From Eledone cirrhosa (taxonomy: Eukaryota), in NCBI GenBank assembly GCA_964016885.1, contig OZ024754.1:16678001-16742000 (forward strand): a stretch of 64,000 bases of DNA, in the 5' to 3' direction. Below are positions 37,950-52,576 of this stretch, one piece after another. Below the pieces are notes generated by a model. It saw only the letters and a program-made list of their open reading frames with translations, searched no databases and was not told where the DNA came from. Made by a program: the position numbers and the translations under genes. Numbering within the stretch: the stretch's first letter is position 1; the number at the start of each line of letters is the position of its first letter.

Positions 37950-38974
37950 AATAAATAACTTATACCTATACCGCATCTCTGTCAAAATGTTCTACTGCTG
38001 CTGGTGCCGCTATTGTCATCGCTTGCTTCACCTACACAGATCAGTTCTATGAGAAAGTTCTTCACAACTGATTGGAGCAATTGGCTGAAGGATTAAATTA
38101 TTGATTTCCCTGGCACGAGGAAAAATATTCCAAATTCTACACCCTCCTGTTGATAGTCTCACTCCTTTGTTTTGTGCTTATGGTGTCCACTTCACTCCTA
38201 TGTGAGGGTGGCTCCTTTCTTAATATGATGCAAACAACAAAGGTGTATTCTGCACCACATTCATCAGCGACAACGGCGGTAACATCAACAGCAGCAGCAG
38301 TAGTTGCGACAGCAGCAACAGCACTGGTAGCAGCCACTGTGATTATTAGATATGTGGATGTACGGAATCTAGCAGCACTTAGAACGATGTAGTTGTAATG
38401 AATTGGTTATTTATTCTCTTTCTGCCGATTCCTCTCTTGGAGTCTATTGCATTAGTAAAAGAATTGGAACAAGTTTCATCTAGTAACTGTTAATACTAAT
38501 TAATACTTATCAATATTATTTATAAATTTCCTGGGGATTACATTAATATGACATTAAGTAGAGTTATTAATCAACATTTACTCATTGTTAGATCATTGAA
38601 ATCTTTAAAAAAGATTAAAGCAGGAGTTTTTGTGTTTTTATTACAATACAATGTTTTGTGTTCTTTTTCACTTTTCTACTTTTTCTCCTCAAAACATGTA
38701 AATATTAAGATGGTGCTATAACTTAATGTTATAGCACCGTTGAATGAGTAGGAATAAATGCTTAAGCATGGGTTAAAAAGTTGTCTGTAAGTTGTTTACA
38801 GTATTTCCTTTGAAAACAACAAAAACTCTACAAAAAAATAACAATATTAAATATATTTTTCTAATTTAATGATTTTCTCACTTTGCATTAAAAAGAAAGT
38901 TTAGCTTATATAGGCGTTTTGGCTTTCTAGAGAACAAAAATTTAGTAGTCTTTTTTTTATTTTACTAATTTTAG

Positions 38975-39217
38975 TTTGTATATTGTATGAATAGCTATAT
39001 GTCCAGGAAAACCAATTCTCAGACTCCTTCTTGGTTTAGCTTAGTAAGCCCTGTTCTGGAATACAATAATAATTTGACCAATTCTGGGTCATCATTATCT
39101 CTGACCATGCTGCAGGTCAACAAAGAATATCATAACCAGTCGCGTACAAGTTTGGCATCGATCTTTGAGGATTTAGCTATAATTAGACGTTCATTCCTCA
39201 AACGAGGATCTGATATG
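38975..39217 (+). CDS. Candidate internal coding exon of an unidentified host gene (81 aa, phase 0-0)
   Basis: T-rich acceptor with branch-like CTAAT (TTTTACTAATTTTAG|), a 243-nt stop-free frame FVYCMNSY...IIRRSFLKRGSDM, and a consensus donor ATG|GTAAGT. The sequence is not repeated elsewhere in the window. Confidence 0.55.
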
Positions 39218-39247
39218 GTAAGTTACCCCCCCTCTATTTATAAACAA

Positions 39248-39342
<95 letters not shown>

Positions 39343-39361
39343 ATATATATATATATATATG

Positions 39362-39392
<31 letters not shown>

Positions 39393-39926
39393 AGTGTCTG
39401 TCATTTGTAAGAATTATGAGAATTATGTACATGTATATGTGTGTATGTATATATATATGTGTGTATGTATATACATGCATATATATGTGTGTGTGTGTAT
39501 GTATATATATGCATATACATGTGTGTGTGTATGTATATATATGCATATATATGTGTGTGTGTGTGTATGTATATATATGCATATATATGTGTGTGTGTAT
39601 GTATATATATGCATATATATGTGTGTGTGTGTATGTATATACATGCATATATATATGTGTGTGTGTGTATGTATATACATGCATATATATATGTGTGTGT
39701 GTGTATGTATATATACGCATATATATGTGTGTGTGTGTATGTATATACAAGCATATACATATATATGTGTGTGTGTATGTATATATATGCATATATATGT
39801 GTGTGTGTATGTATATACATGCATATATATATGTGTGTGTATGTATATACATGCATATATATATGTGTGTGTGTATGTATATACACACATATACATATAT
39901 ATGTGTGTGTGTATGTATATACATGC

Positions 39927-39960
<34 letters not shown>

Positions 39961-39983
39961 ATGTATATATATGCATATATATA

Positions 39984-40031
<48 letters not shown>

Positions 40032-40793
40032 TACATACAGAGAGAGAGAGAAAGAGAGAGAGGGGACAGATTACCTATTAATCTATTATACCTTTCACTT
40101 TTCGTCTTTTGTTGATATTTTAATTTTTCAATTGAATATTTTGTCTCGTGGTTAATGTCACTCATAACGTGACAGTAATTTTGACTCCCCTCATCTTTCT
40201 GTCATTTCATTTGTTTTCCTCTTTACTCTAACGTACTTCTACACAAAGTTGTCTTGTAACCTTGTAACTTGTTGAATTTGGTCTCATATTCACAATGTAA
40301 ACACTTGATGTTCGATATTCGGTTTGAAGATAGGAATTTATCAATTTATCTCACTATCAATATCCTTCATCAATATATATATATATTGATCTGTAAAAGA
40401 CAAACTGTTTATATTTATACAGTCCTATGCGAACAAGACAACCACTCTTGCCTCAAGTGGGAAAACTCCCGTCCAAACCCATGCAAGCGTGAAAGATGGA
40501 CCTTAAACGATGATGATGATGATGATGATGATATATATATATAGTTTGTCTTTCACAGATCAATATATATATATATATATATATAGTTTGTCTTTCAAAG
40601 ATCAATATATATATATATATATAAACATGTGTATATGTGTGTGTGTATATATGTGTATATTTATATATGTATCTATATACATATATGTATATATATAAAA
40701 TCAATTAGAAAAAAAAATGATTCTCTTGTACTTACTTCGTAAACTACTTAATCTTTTTTTTGTTTTGTTTTTACCTACTTTTTAGTCTCTAAA

Positions 40794-41080
40794 AATGGTT
40801 CCCAAACTTGTTGAGGAACACCTTATACAATTTTCCAAAAATCATAGAACTCATCCATGTATATTCCCACCAATTTCCACCACCTTAATTTAAATAAGAT
40901 GTTAAATGAAACATAAATACTTTGAGAAAGAGAATTTATCCATTTAAATAACGGCAACATATAATAAATTTCTTTTTTTAATTAAATGTTGTTAAAAATA
41001 AACCCCATCTTATTTTATGGAGCCCTAGAATATTTTCCTGAAACTATACCACCCCTTAGAACTCCATTTGAGGAACACTG
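40794..41080. mobile_element. Degenerate hAT/Charlie-like MITE
   Basis: TGGTTCCCAAACT at the left end and TTTGAGGAACACTG at the right end resemble hAT TIRs; TSD unclear. Confidence 0.45.
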
Positions 41081-41799
41081 GTTTATAGATTTATGATCCT
41101 ATGTATCTAATTATATCTTCTCTTTGTCCATTCTTCAATTAAATTTTAAAATACAATACATTAACCCTTCGATGAACATATTTCTAAAGAAATACACTCT
41201 ATTCAATTAATTAAGATTTTTGAGGGGTTCAGTAAAATTATGAATTATTTTATTTTTCAATCAGAATTTACTATGCATTACATTAACCCTTCTGTGACTA
41301 TATTTCCAAGGAAATTCTTTCTATTTCAATTAATTGATGGAGCATTGTGAGGGGTTTACTAAAATTATTAATTATTTCATTACTAAAACAGTCATGTAAC
41401 ACATGATTCTTACATAACATTATGTTTATGAATATCTAAATTTAAATAGGAACCCTTTAAAATACATGGTTTCATAGAACCACAGCCAATTTTGTGTGGG
41501 TTGTTATGAAAATGGTTAAAGAATATAAGATTCTATGCATGTATTGTAATGAAATGAAGCTTACCAAACTGAGTTGAGGAACAAGTGTAGTGACTGCTCT
41601 ATGAAATCATACATACTATCACCTAGTTCTCCCGTCACCACAGTCTAAGAGGTGGGTTTGTAAAAGTCTTATTCCCCCCCACCCCCCCACCCCCCCATCT
41701 TCCGAACCCTGAAATTACTTTCATGTATGATTATGTGGGAGGTGTCTATTGAATCTTTTTGTGTGTGTAAAATGAGAATAATCCAATAATTAGCCAATT

Positions 41800-42079
<280 letters not shown>

Positions 42080-42150
42080 TATACATATATATACATATAT
42101 ATATATATATACATATATATACATATATATACATATATATATATATATAC

Positions 42151-42197
<47 letters not shown>

Positions 42198-42212
42198 TAT
42201 ACATATATATAC

Positions 42213-42255
<43 letters not shown>

Positions 42256-42260
42256 TATAC

Positions 42261-42351
<91 letters not shown>

Positions 42352-42370
42352 TATATACATATATATATAC

Positions 42371-42893
<523 letters not shown>

Positions 42894-43272
42894 TAAATAT
42901 ACTCCAAATACTTGTTGAGTGCTTTTATATCAGTTATAAATATTTACTCGTTGTTAACCCAACAATTTAAATAAAACTTTGCATATATATATATATATAT
43001 ATATAAAAATAGACAGTAGCCATGGAGTAGGCAGACCCAGAAAAACCTGGGACGACTTGATAAATTCCGACCTCACACACTTACACCTCTCCAAGACAAT
43101 GTCACTGGACCGAGATCTTTGGCCCTACACAGTAATACAGAAGACCCGCCTTGCCTAAGTACAAAGCGAAACCTACAGTCAGTAGGCACCTCTAACAAAA
43201 ATACACCCCCGTCCCCGTGCAATACACTATATGCTTAATCACTGTTTGGTTTGGACTGCTTTTCGCTTCTGT

Positions 43273-43340
<68 letters not shown>

Positions 43341-43906
43341 TAGTGTATTTTGCAAAACACTATATGCTTAATTAAAATCATTTCGAAGACCTTATGCTAT
43401 TGTTTTAGAGTAGTGACAGACTCACTTACTTTAATTTCAGCAAACAGGAGGAGGTGCATGTATAGTACATTGAATAATATACAAATGTCAGGGAAGTGAA
43501 TAGTGTATGAGTCATGATATACATGTGTGCGAATGTATGGAGGGGGAATATTAGGTGTATGTTGGCGAATCTCAGGAAGCATGGAGGTTTTAAAGGATGC
43601 AATGTTTCTTTTCTTATTGTTTTTTGTTCTTCCATTTTAATTTTTTATTAAACACTATAAATGAGAGAACCCATTTCAAATAATATCTAAACATAGAAAT
43701 GACTCAACAGGTAGGCAAATCAGAGAAGCAACTGTGATAGAACTAAGAAAACTGAAGTTGAAGAGGAAAAATGAATGGAATAACAACAACAACCATAAAC
43801 ACACTAGTGAACAAAGATAGGATACAAACACACATAGACTCAGACACGAACACACACACCAAACAGAAAACAGACGCACAAACACATGTGTAAACAGAGA
43901 CAAGAA

Positions 43907-43937
<31 letters not shown>

Positions 43938-44049
43938 AAATAAAAATCGAATAGGCATTACAATACAACGGGAGGAAACATAATAGTACCACTAATGATG
44001 TCTCAAGTGTGTGATGAAAGAACTTTGATGGACTATATATATCTATACC

Positions 44050-44300
44050 TATATTTGGGGAGGGTCATATTGTTATAATATTGCCAGAAATAATAATAAA
44101 ACACAATCACTGTTTGGTTTGGACTGGTTTTCGCTTCTGTATCTTTTATATCTCCATAGTTAATAAACATTGATTGCCAGCTAAATTAACTATAGGGATA
44201 TAAACTATACAGAAGCAAAAAACAGTCCAAACCAAACAGTGAATGTGTTTTATTATTATTTCTAGCAATATTATAACAATATGACCCTCCCCAAATATAA
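44050..44300. mobile_element. Fold-back module (hammerhead not retained); fragment also at 43239-43280
   Basis: ~44051-44150 is inverted to ~44197-44299. Confidence 0.7.
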
Positions 44301-44306
44301 CAATAT

Positions 44307-44990
44307 ATCTGGTACTTATAGCAGAATCAGTAGAGGAGTTAGAGAATAAATTCTGGCTATGGAAGTTGCAGTTGGAATAAAGAGGACTGAGAGTGAACCT
44401 AGCAAAGACTAAAGTGTTGATAAGTAGGAAAGAGGACAAATCTCTGATTCCATCAGGGAAATGGCCATGTTCGATATGTAGGAAAGGAGTTGGCATAAAT
44501 TCTATAGAATGTATACAATGCAGATCTTGAGTACACAAGAAGTGTAGTGGGACAGCAGGCAAACTAACAGGAAGGGAAAACTTCATATGTAATAGATCTT
44601 CAGGGGAAATTGATAGTAGCAGTATCAGTGATAGGCACATTTTTCAAATGTAGGTAGGATCTATAGAGGTGGTTGATAGCTTGCGATACCTAGGTGATCA
44701 GATTAGCAAGGGAGGAGGATCCTCTGAGGACATAGTATCTAGAATAAGGACAGGATGGAAGAAGTTTAGGGAGTTGCTTCCTCTGTTGGAAACAAAGGTT
44801 TTCTCCCTACAAACGAAAGGCCAGTTATATGATGCCTGTGTGAGTTGCGCAATGATGCACGGTAGTGAGACATGGGCAGCAACTGCAGAGGATATGCAGT
44901 GGCTGGAGAGAAAGAAGCAAGCATGCTCCGATGAATGTGCAATGTCAATGTGCGTGAACGACCAAGCAAAACTTGTTAAGGCGGACGTCA
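44307..44990 (+). mobile_element. Decayed RTE LINE fragment (subfamily of 57133-59506)
   Basis: LVLIAESVEELENKFWLWK...GKWPCSICRKG...RYLGDQI...HGSETW, with stops. Confidence 0.9.
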
Positions 44991-45575
44991 CACACATATG
45001 CATATGAATATGTGTGTGTATATTATTATTATATATATGATGTACCAGTAATGCACTGGGTAATTGCTGGCCTTGTGCCTAAAGTAGAAACAATTATTAT
45101 ATATATGATGTATAAATAAATTTCTGTGACAACAATAATTCCTATGAGTAAAAGGATATCACGGTTATTGTACCAGGTTAATTTTCATTAACACCCCCTG
45201 CCCCTCTTTATATTATTTGCTCATCCATCGTCAGATAAATTGATCTTTGAGGATTCTTTGATTATATGGGTTGGAAAAATATAATAAAATAAATGAAATA
45301 AATAAAAAAACAAACAAAAATAAATAAGTAAATAAATAAAATAAATAAGTAAAATAAATAAATAAATAAATAAGTAAATAAATAAATAAGTAAATAAATA
45401 AAATAAATAAGTAAATAAATAAAATAATGAAATAAAATAATGAAATAAATAAATACGTAAATAAAATATAAAATAAAATAATGAAATAAATTACATAAAT
45501 AAACTAAATTAAACTAAATAAAAGTCTTCCACACCTGATTCTCACCTTAATATCATATTAGCTTTCGGACAGCTC

Positions 45576-45873
45576 ACACAGTTTTAACTGTTTAGCACAC
45601 AGTTTTAACTGTTAAACACAGTTTTAACTGTTAAACACACAGTTTTAACTGTTAAACACAGTTTTAACTGTTAAACACACAGTTTTAACTGTTAAACACA
45701 GCTTTAACTGTTAAACACAGTTTTAAGTGTTAAACACAGTTTTAACTGTTAAACACACAGTTTTAACTGTTAAACACAGTTTTAACTGTTAAACACACAG
45801 TTTTAACTGTTAAACACACAGTTTTAACTGTTAAACACACAGTTTTAACTGTTAAACACACAGTTTTAACTGT
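45576..45873. repeat. 19/21-bp minisatellite with self-complementary unit (~14-15 copies)
   Basis: ACACAGTTTTAACTGTTAA(AC) repeated in tandem. Confidence 0.95.
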
Positions 45874-46129
45874 TCTAATACCAACTACTCTGTACCCTAT
45901 CAGCTTACCTTTCATTCATACACCTCTATATACATATATATATATACACACACATCATACACATATATATACACACATCATACACACACACATATATATA
46001 TATATACACACACATATATATATACACACATCATACACATATATATATATATATACACATCATACACACACATATATATATATATATACACACATCATAC
46101 ACACACACATATATATATACACACATCAT

Positions 46130-46195
<66 letters not shown>

Positions 46196-46820
46196 CATAC
46201 ACACACATATCATCATCATCATCATCATCAACGTTTAACGTCCGTGTTCCACGCTTGCATGGGTTTGGACGGGGGTAGTCCCACTTGAGGCAAGAGTGAT
46301 TGTCTTGCTCGCATAGGACTGTCTGGCAGGTTTTCTACAGTTGGATGCCCTTCCTAACACCAACCACATTTACAGTGTGGGTCTGGGAGGTTTTTACCGT
46401 GTTGCCTACACGGCCACATTACAGCGTGGACTGTGTGTTTTTTTGTCGTGACACCTACACGATCTCGTTTGTTTCGGCCTGGAAGGCGCGGCACCAACAT
46501 AACTTTACATGGAACGGGGTGGTGTGGATGGGGTGGGGGTGGTCATACACACACATATATATACACACATCATACACACACACATATATATACACACATC
46601 ATACACACACACATATATATATATACATCAACACACACATATATATACACACATCATACACACACATATATATATACACACATCATACACACACATATAT
46701 ATATATACATCATACACACACATATATATACACACACATATATATATATATACACACATCATACACACACACATATATATATACACACATCATACACACA
46801 TATATATACACACACATCAT

Positions 46821-46866
<46 letters not shown>

Positions 46867-48010
46867 CATACACACACATATATATATATATATATATACA
46901 CACATCGTACACACACATATATATACACACACACACACATGTATATGCATAATATGCACACTGAAATACATATATACATATAATATACACACATAATACA
47001 TATACACACACACACATATATACACATAGACATATATACATTCATAATACACACACATAATGTACACATACACGTACACATATATACACATAAAATATGC
47101 ACACATGTATACACACATATACACATAATTTAGACACATACACATACACATAATTTAGACACACATATATATGTAAATATACATAATTGTTTCTACTTTT
47201 TGCACAAGGCCAGCAATTTACCCCCCAGTGTATTACTGGTACTTTATTTTATCGTCCCCGTAAGGATGAAAGGCAAAGTTAACCTCGGCGGGATTTGAAC
47301 TCAGATCGTAAAGGGACGTAACTCTGTGCTGCAAAGCATGGCGTCCGACCCTCTACCGATACTGCAATTACACATAATGTACACACATAATACACACGTA
47401 TATACATATACACACATCATATAGACACACACATATACTCATAACACTCACATGATACAGATAGACATACATACACATAACCATTAAGCAGAATATTAAA
47501 AGAAATAAATCAAATTTTCATAGAAATAGAAATATTGTCAGATATTGCTCTGTGTATCGTGTATTTTTAGAAGAGGTATTACTGTGTACCCGCATGCTGT
47601 AAGGAGTGACTTAAGAGTCAAGGAAGGGCATCCACCTATAAAATATTGCCTCAAAACATCTCATCCAACCCATGCCAGCATGGAAAAGTAGGTGTAAAAG
47701 TGATGATGATGATAGGAACTAATGGAATATTTAACCCTTTACTATTTACATTACTCAATATATACTATTGTATTTTAGAGGTAAAGGCTTTATCTCACAT
47801 AATATCGAATTTACGAGATTTTTATGTTTTTTTCTATTTTGAGAACAATACCTTAATGTTAATATGAATGGCCAGTTATAGCCAGTTTGAAGAGAAAAAG
47901 GTTAGAGAATTCTGGCTGGATATGGCCGGTTTAAATGCTAAAGAGTTAATTCTACTCTTCAATTGATAACTTCCTCCCTCAAGTCTTTATATATGATGTT
48001 GATTGATACA

Positions 48011-48200
48011 TACGAGGGCTGGCTGAAAAGTTCAGAGGCTGACCAAGATACTATCATGGAATGATTAAGTGAGGTTTATTTTTTAACATAGTCCCTGGAA
48101 AGAAACAATGTAGATATTAAGAAGAAGAGTTGAATTAATGCATGCAAGATTTCACAGCACTAGCATCACTCCTTCATAATCAGCCTATGAACTTTTCATA
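48011..48200. mobile_element. Internally deleted mariner-like element
   Basis: TACGAGGGCTGGCTGAAAAGTTCAGAGGCTGA at the left end; TCAGCCTATGAACTTTTCA at the right end (partial inverted TIR). Confidence 0.65.
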
Positions 48201-48322
48201 GGCTAACTATGCTATATCTAATATATATATAGTATGTCTATAACCATTTTATTTGCGGTATAAAAATGTTGAGGGAATTGAAGATTCAAGACCTTAGTGG
48301 TATGTCGCATAACCAATCTCTC

Positions 48323-48391
48323 ATATATTTTATCTGATGAAAACGTACTGAAACACCATTGTACCTTTGAAATATGTATAATAAAATATAT
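48323..48391 (+). ncRNA. Type I hammerhead ribozyme, canonical core
   Basis: ATATATTTTAT-CTGATGA-AAA-C-GTAC(12 nt)GTAC-C-TTT-GAAA-TATGTA-TA|ATAAAATATAT; perfect 11-bp stem I; predicted cleavage after 48380. Confidence 0.85.
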
Positions 48392-51300
48392 ATTTCGGTT
48401 ATGAGAATATTTTTCATTTATTAATATTTTGAATAATGTAGTATGTCTACATATATATATGTATAGTCTCTGACATTCTGTCTATCTGACCCCCCCCCCC
48501 CCTCTCGCTCTCCCTCTCTCTCTCTCCCTCTCCTGCCTACATACATTATAAAGAGGTTATTTATAATGTACACCCTATAAGGCTTTTTTGTACATTCTGA
48601 TCTTATAACCTCCAAACTACAAACCTAGGTTCATCAACATCTGACAGAAATCTATAAGATACTAAAAGTACAGAATTTCAGGACTTCATGTGTGTATGCT
48701 CATGTTGTTCTTTAGCTCCACATGGGCACCGATGAACAAACTTGTGACCAATGGCATACAAGTTATGACTAGCTTATTTTTTCTAAGGCATAGGGTGTCT
48801 AGGACAACATTATCTAATGTGTTAGTTATATTTTAACCCTTTAGCATTAAATTACTCTCTATTGTATTATTATGGTAAAGGCTTACGGGGTCGATAAAAT
48901 AAAGTACCAGTAATGCACTGGGTAATTGCTGGCCTTGTGCCTAAAGTAGAAACAATTATTATGGTAAAGGCTTTATCTTACATAATTATCTCATATAATG
49001 TTGAATCTATAAGATTTTGATGTTATTTATTTTAAGAATAATACCTTAACATTAGTATGAGTGACCAGTTATGGCCAGTTTGAATAGAAAGAGGTGAAAG
49101 AATTCTGGGTGGATAAGCCCAGTTTAAATGTGGCCAGTTACAGCCAGAAAGAGGTGTGAGAATTCTGGCCAGATATGGCCGGTTTAAATGCTAAAAGTTT
49201 AAAGATGATAGTGTTTAATTTGGAGGAATTTTGGTTGTTATTTCTAGCAACCCTGATATATTCTAGTTCAGAACCATCCAGTGTGGTCATTTCTTTGCCA
49301 GATAATGGAATCTTACAGTTTGTTGGTGCCATGATAAAATACTGTATAAAGTGCATTTTGTGAAGTAATTGAATATATGTAGGTGAGAAATGAGCCCTCA
49401 GCCTGTCTGAGAAGTCTTTGGTTCTGATGAAGTACTGACTTGGTTTGTGATGACTCATCCAATCCTTGCTAGCAGGAAAAACTGACATTAAATGATTATA
49501 TTATTATAATCAATGTTTGGGCCCTATGATTCATGTTTGCTTGATTCTATCTCCAAACATTTTTGTTTCTTTTTCTATAATTTATTTTAGTATTATGTTT
49601 AACATACATAACCATGAGTTCTCATTTCGCTTAACAGTTTTTCATTCTTTTTATAGCAATTTCCAGTTCTTTAGTTATTTCTGTGTAAAGTATCCACAAT
49701 AGATGAACCATATGGGATTTCTGATAATGTTTCCTACTTGTGTGGAAATTTAGTGCTAATATGTGTTTCATGCACTTTTAACATGCTTCAATGGTTTCAG
49801 CAGAAAATAAAGAATTCATTTTCATGTAGGAAATTTCTAGAAAGGATCTTCTTCTATGTAATGTTACTTAAGTTACAAGACCATCATTTAGTAATATAAT
49901 GTCTCTATGCATCTACAGAACATGAATATCAAGTTGATTTCTGTTTCAGTGAATGTCTTTTAACCCTATTTTGTCAATCTTTTCTGTCATTACTTTTCTC
50001 AATTTCTCTCATATTAATAGGGTTGAAAAATGTTCTCTCTTTCGATAGAATGGTTTATCAACTAGATCCTTTCAAAAACTGTTCTGATGGGATTTCAACT
50101 TGAAGCTGTGAGCTGGGTCAATTCCCTTGACAGTTTAACATGATTTGACATGTATCTCTTAAATATGATGGCTAGATACTTATTTTATTATATCTATCCT
50201 GGGAAAAGTAATGGTGATGTAAATCTCTGTATAATTTCAACCTTGAGTTCATAACCTTTGAACTTTTTTCAGAACAAATATTCTTCAGAGAGTATCAATA
50301 TCTAGTTTTGTTTCATTATACAGAATTACTTGCCTTTATCTAATACAATTACCTAGTTATTGGGATCTGAATAACATAAAAAATAATGGCTTTTAATTTA
50401 GACACAAGGTCAGCGATTGGGGGACAGGGAAGTTGATTATATCAACCTCAGTACTTGACTGATACTTTATCTTCTCAGTCTCCAGGAAGATGAAAGTCAA
50501 AATTGACCTTGGTGGAACTTGAACTTAGTGTTCAGGACAATTACTGAGGACTGGATTTGTGTGACAATAATGAATGTAGCACTTCTTTATGTAAGCCTTT
50601 TGATACCAAACCACCTGAAAATGTCCCTGGTTCTATGACAGGAGTTTATATTTCAATGTGAACTCTTTAAAGAGGGTGTACTTTTTTACATATCATAGAT
50701 AGGGATGGTGGATTGGTAGAGCAGGTGGGAACTGAAATTCATGCTTACAGTATCTGCTTTAGCCTCTCACAATTCTAAATTCAAATCTCCCCTATGATAA
50801 CTTTCTAAAGTAAAGTCTGTCTTTAGCCCAGAGGCAATACGTATTTCTGATGTAGGTATTAGGTTCCAGATTTATTTATATGTGAAGAGGGAAATGGGTA
50901 GTTGTGATGAACATGCCTTTCTCCGAGCTACCATCATCATCACCATCATTATCATTTAACGTCTGTTTTCCCTACTAGTGAGGGTTGAATAGACCATCAT
51001 GTGGTATAAATGAAAGAGATTTCAATAACTTGTGATAATAATCTTGTTTGATTGATTTTAATTAATTACAAGAGAATATTGATTTTATTATAAATATGAC
51101 GCTACAAACTGAGTATTCGTGTTAAAATGAAAAACCTTTTTGAAGCAAATGTTTGCTACTATGTCACTGGAAATAACTAACTTTATAATTTCATTAAAAG
51201 TAGTTTAAGTTCCTGTGTGATAAAAGCAGACATGATCAGCTGTATTAACAGATCCTCATGGTGACGAGACTTCATTACAAAATCTCCTTTCATGCAATCT

Positions 51301-52141
51301 TTTTAACCATTTCATTACTATATTTCTAATAAAAAATATTGTCTATGATTATCAAGTCATTTTGAAAATAATCAAGACTTTGGAGGGATTTAGTAAAATA
51401 ATGAACCTTATCACTTTTAAGTTGGTGTTTGGGGCATAACATAACAAAGGTGCCTTCATAAAATGAAAGTTTTTTTTTTTGAGAAATATATACACTCCAG
51501 CCCTTTTATTACTATATTTCTAATAAAATATACTGTCAAAGGTTTTTTGATAAATATAAACCTGTTTTCTTTGTCTCCTACTATCCCTGTGACTATATAT
51601 ATATATATATATATACAAAAAGGTAGTACACCATAATCGAAGCTCTGGTTGCAGCCAAGCTAACGAATGCAGTCAGGATGTGCAGCTAAATCACTCAATA
51701 AGGAATTTTACCTTAGAGTTATAACATTACAGTTAGACAGCTATGCAAATTGAAGACAGCGACCGGTAAGCGAGCCGCTAGGACCAGAACAACGAAAAAA
51801 TCCGACTCAGGAAAAATTATGACAGACCTGACCATCATGTTGATATTATAAGACATCTCCGCTAGGTTTCTGTAAATCCAAAATCAACAAAATCCATTTG
51901 CAGGGGCCTGCAAGTTATTGGTTTTGGAAGATAGAACAGTGGAATTTACTTTGTCAACAAGTTTTCGTTCTGCCGCCCCAGTAAGCACTGCCAGTAGTCA
52001 CATGGTTTTCCCGAAAGGAGGTGACCCCAGGTCTTGGCGGTCAAATTCAAAATTTGAACAAAGGAATTATATCCTTTACACAAACCGATTAAAAGCTCTC
52101 AACTAGATGTTATTAAACAAACATAAACAATTAACCAATCA

Positions 52142-52173
<32 letters not shown>

Positions 52174-52486
52174 TTAATGGTAGCTATGTGTGTGTACGTA
52201 TGTGTATGCGTATATATGTATGTATGCGCATATGTGTATGTGTATATACATGTGTGTGTGTATGTGTGGGTATATATGTGTGTGAGAGCGGACTTGTGAA
52301 ATACCAAACCCAGCATGAGTCCATTGAAGTGTATCGGACGGAGAGTAGCTGATGGCAAGTATGGCAGCAAATATTGACTAGAATTTATGATGACATAGAA
52401 AAACAACAGCCAATAGCAAGACAAGAGAGGAAGATGTTTTTTTAAGATAACACCCCAGTGAGAAAATTTGTTCCGAAAGTATTGCA

Positions 52487-52576
52487 TGTGTCCGAAGAAC
52501 CTGCAGATCTAGAATCAGACAGATCCATACAGTGATCGTGTCTCGAGCTATCTGCCGGCGAAACAATTGTAACACA
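52487..52576 (+). ncRNA. Long-stem-II type I hammerhead, C4 variant core, in module ~52284-52615
   Basis: TGTGT-CCGAAGA-ACCT-GCAGAT...AGACA-GATC...GATC-G-TGTCT...ATCTGC-CGGC-GAAA-CAATTG-TA|ACACA, then AATAAA. Confidence 0.7.

Noticed and set aside
38137-38392. Ala/Thr-rich short ORFs on both strands
   Set aside because: Low-complexity GCA/ACA runs with no splice signals or recognisable domain.
45576-45873. CRISPR-like palindromic repeats
   Set aside because: No unique spacers, eukaryotic context and no cas genes.
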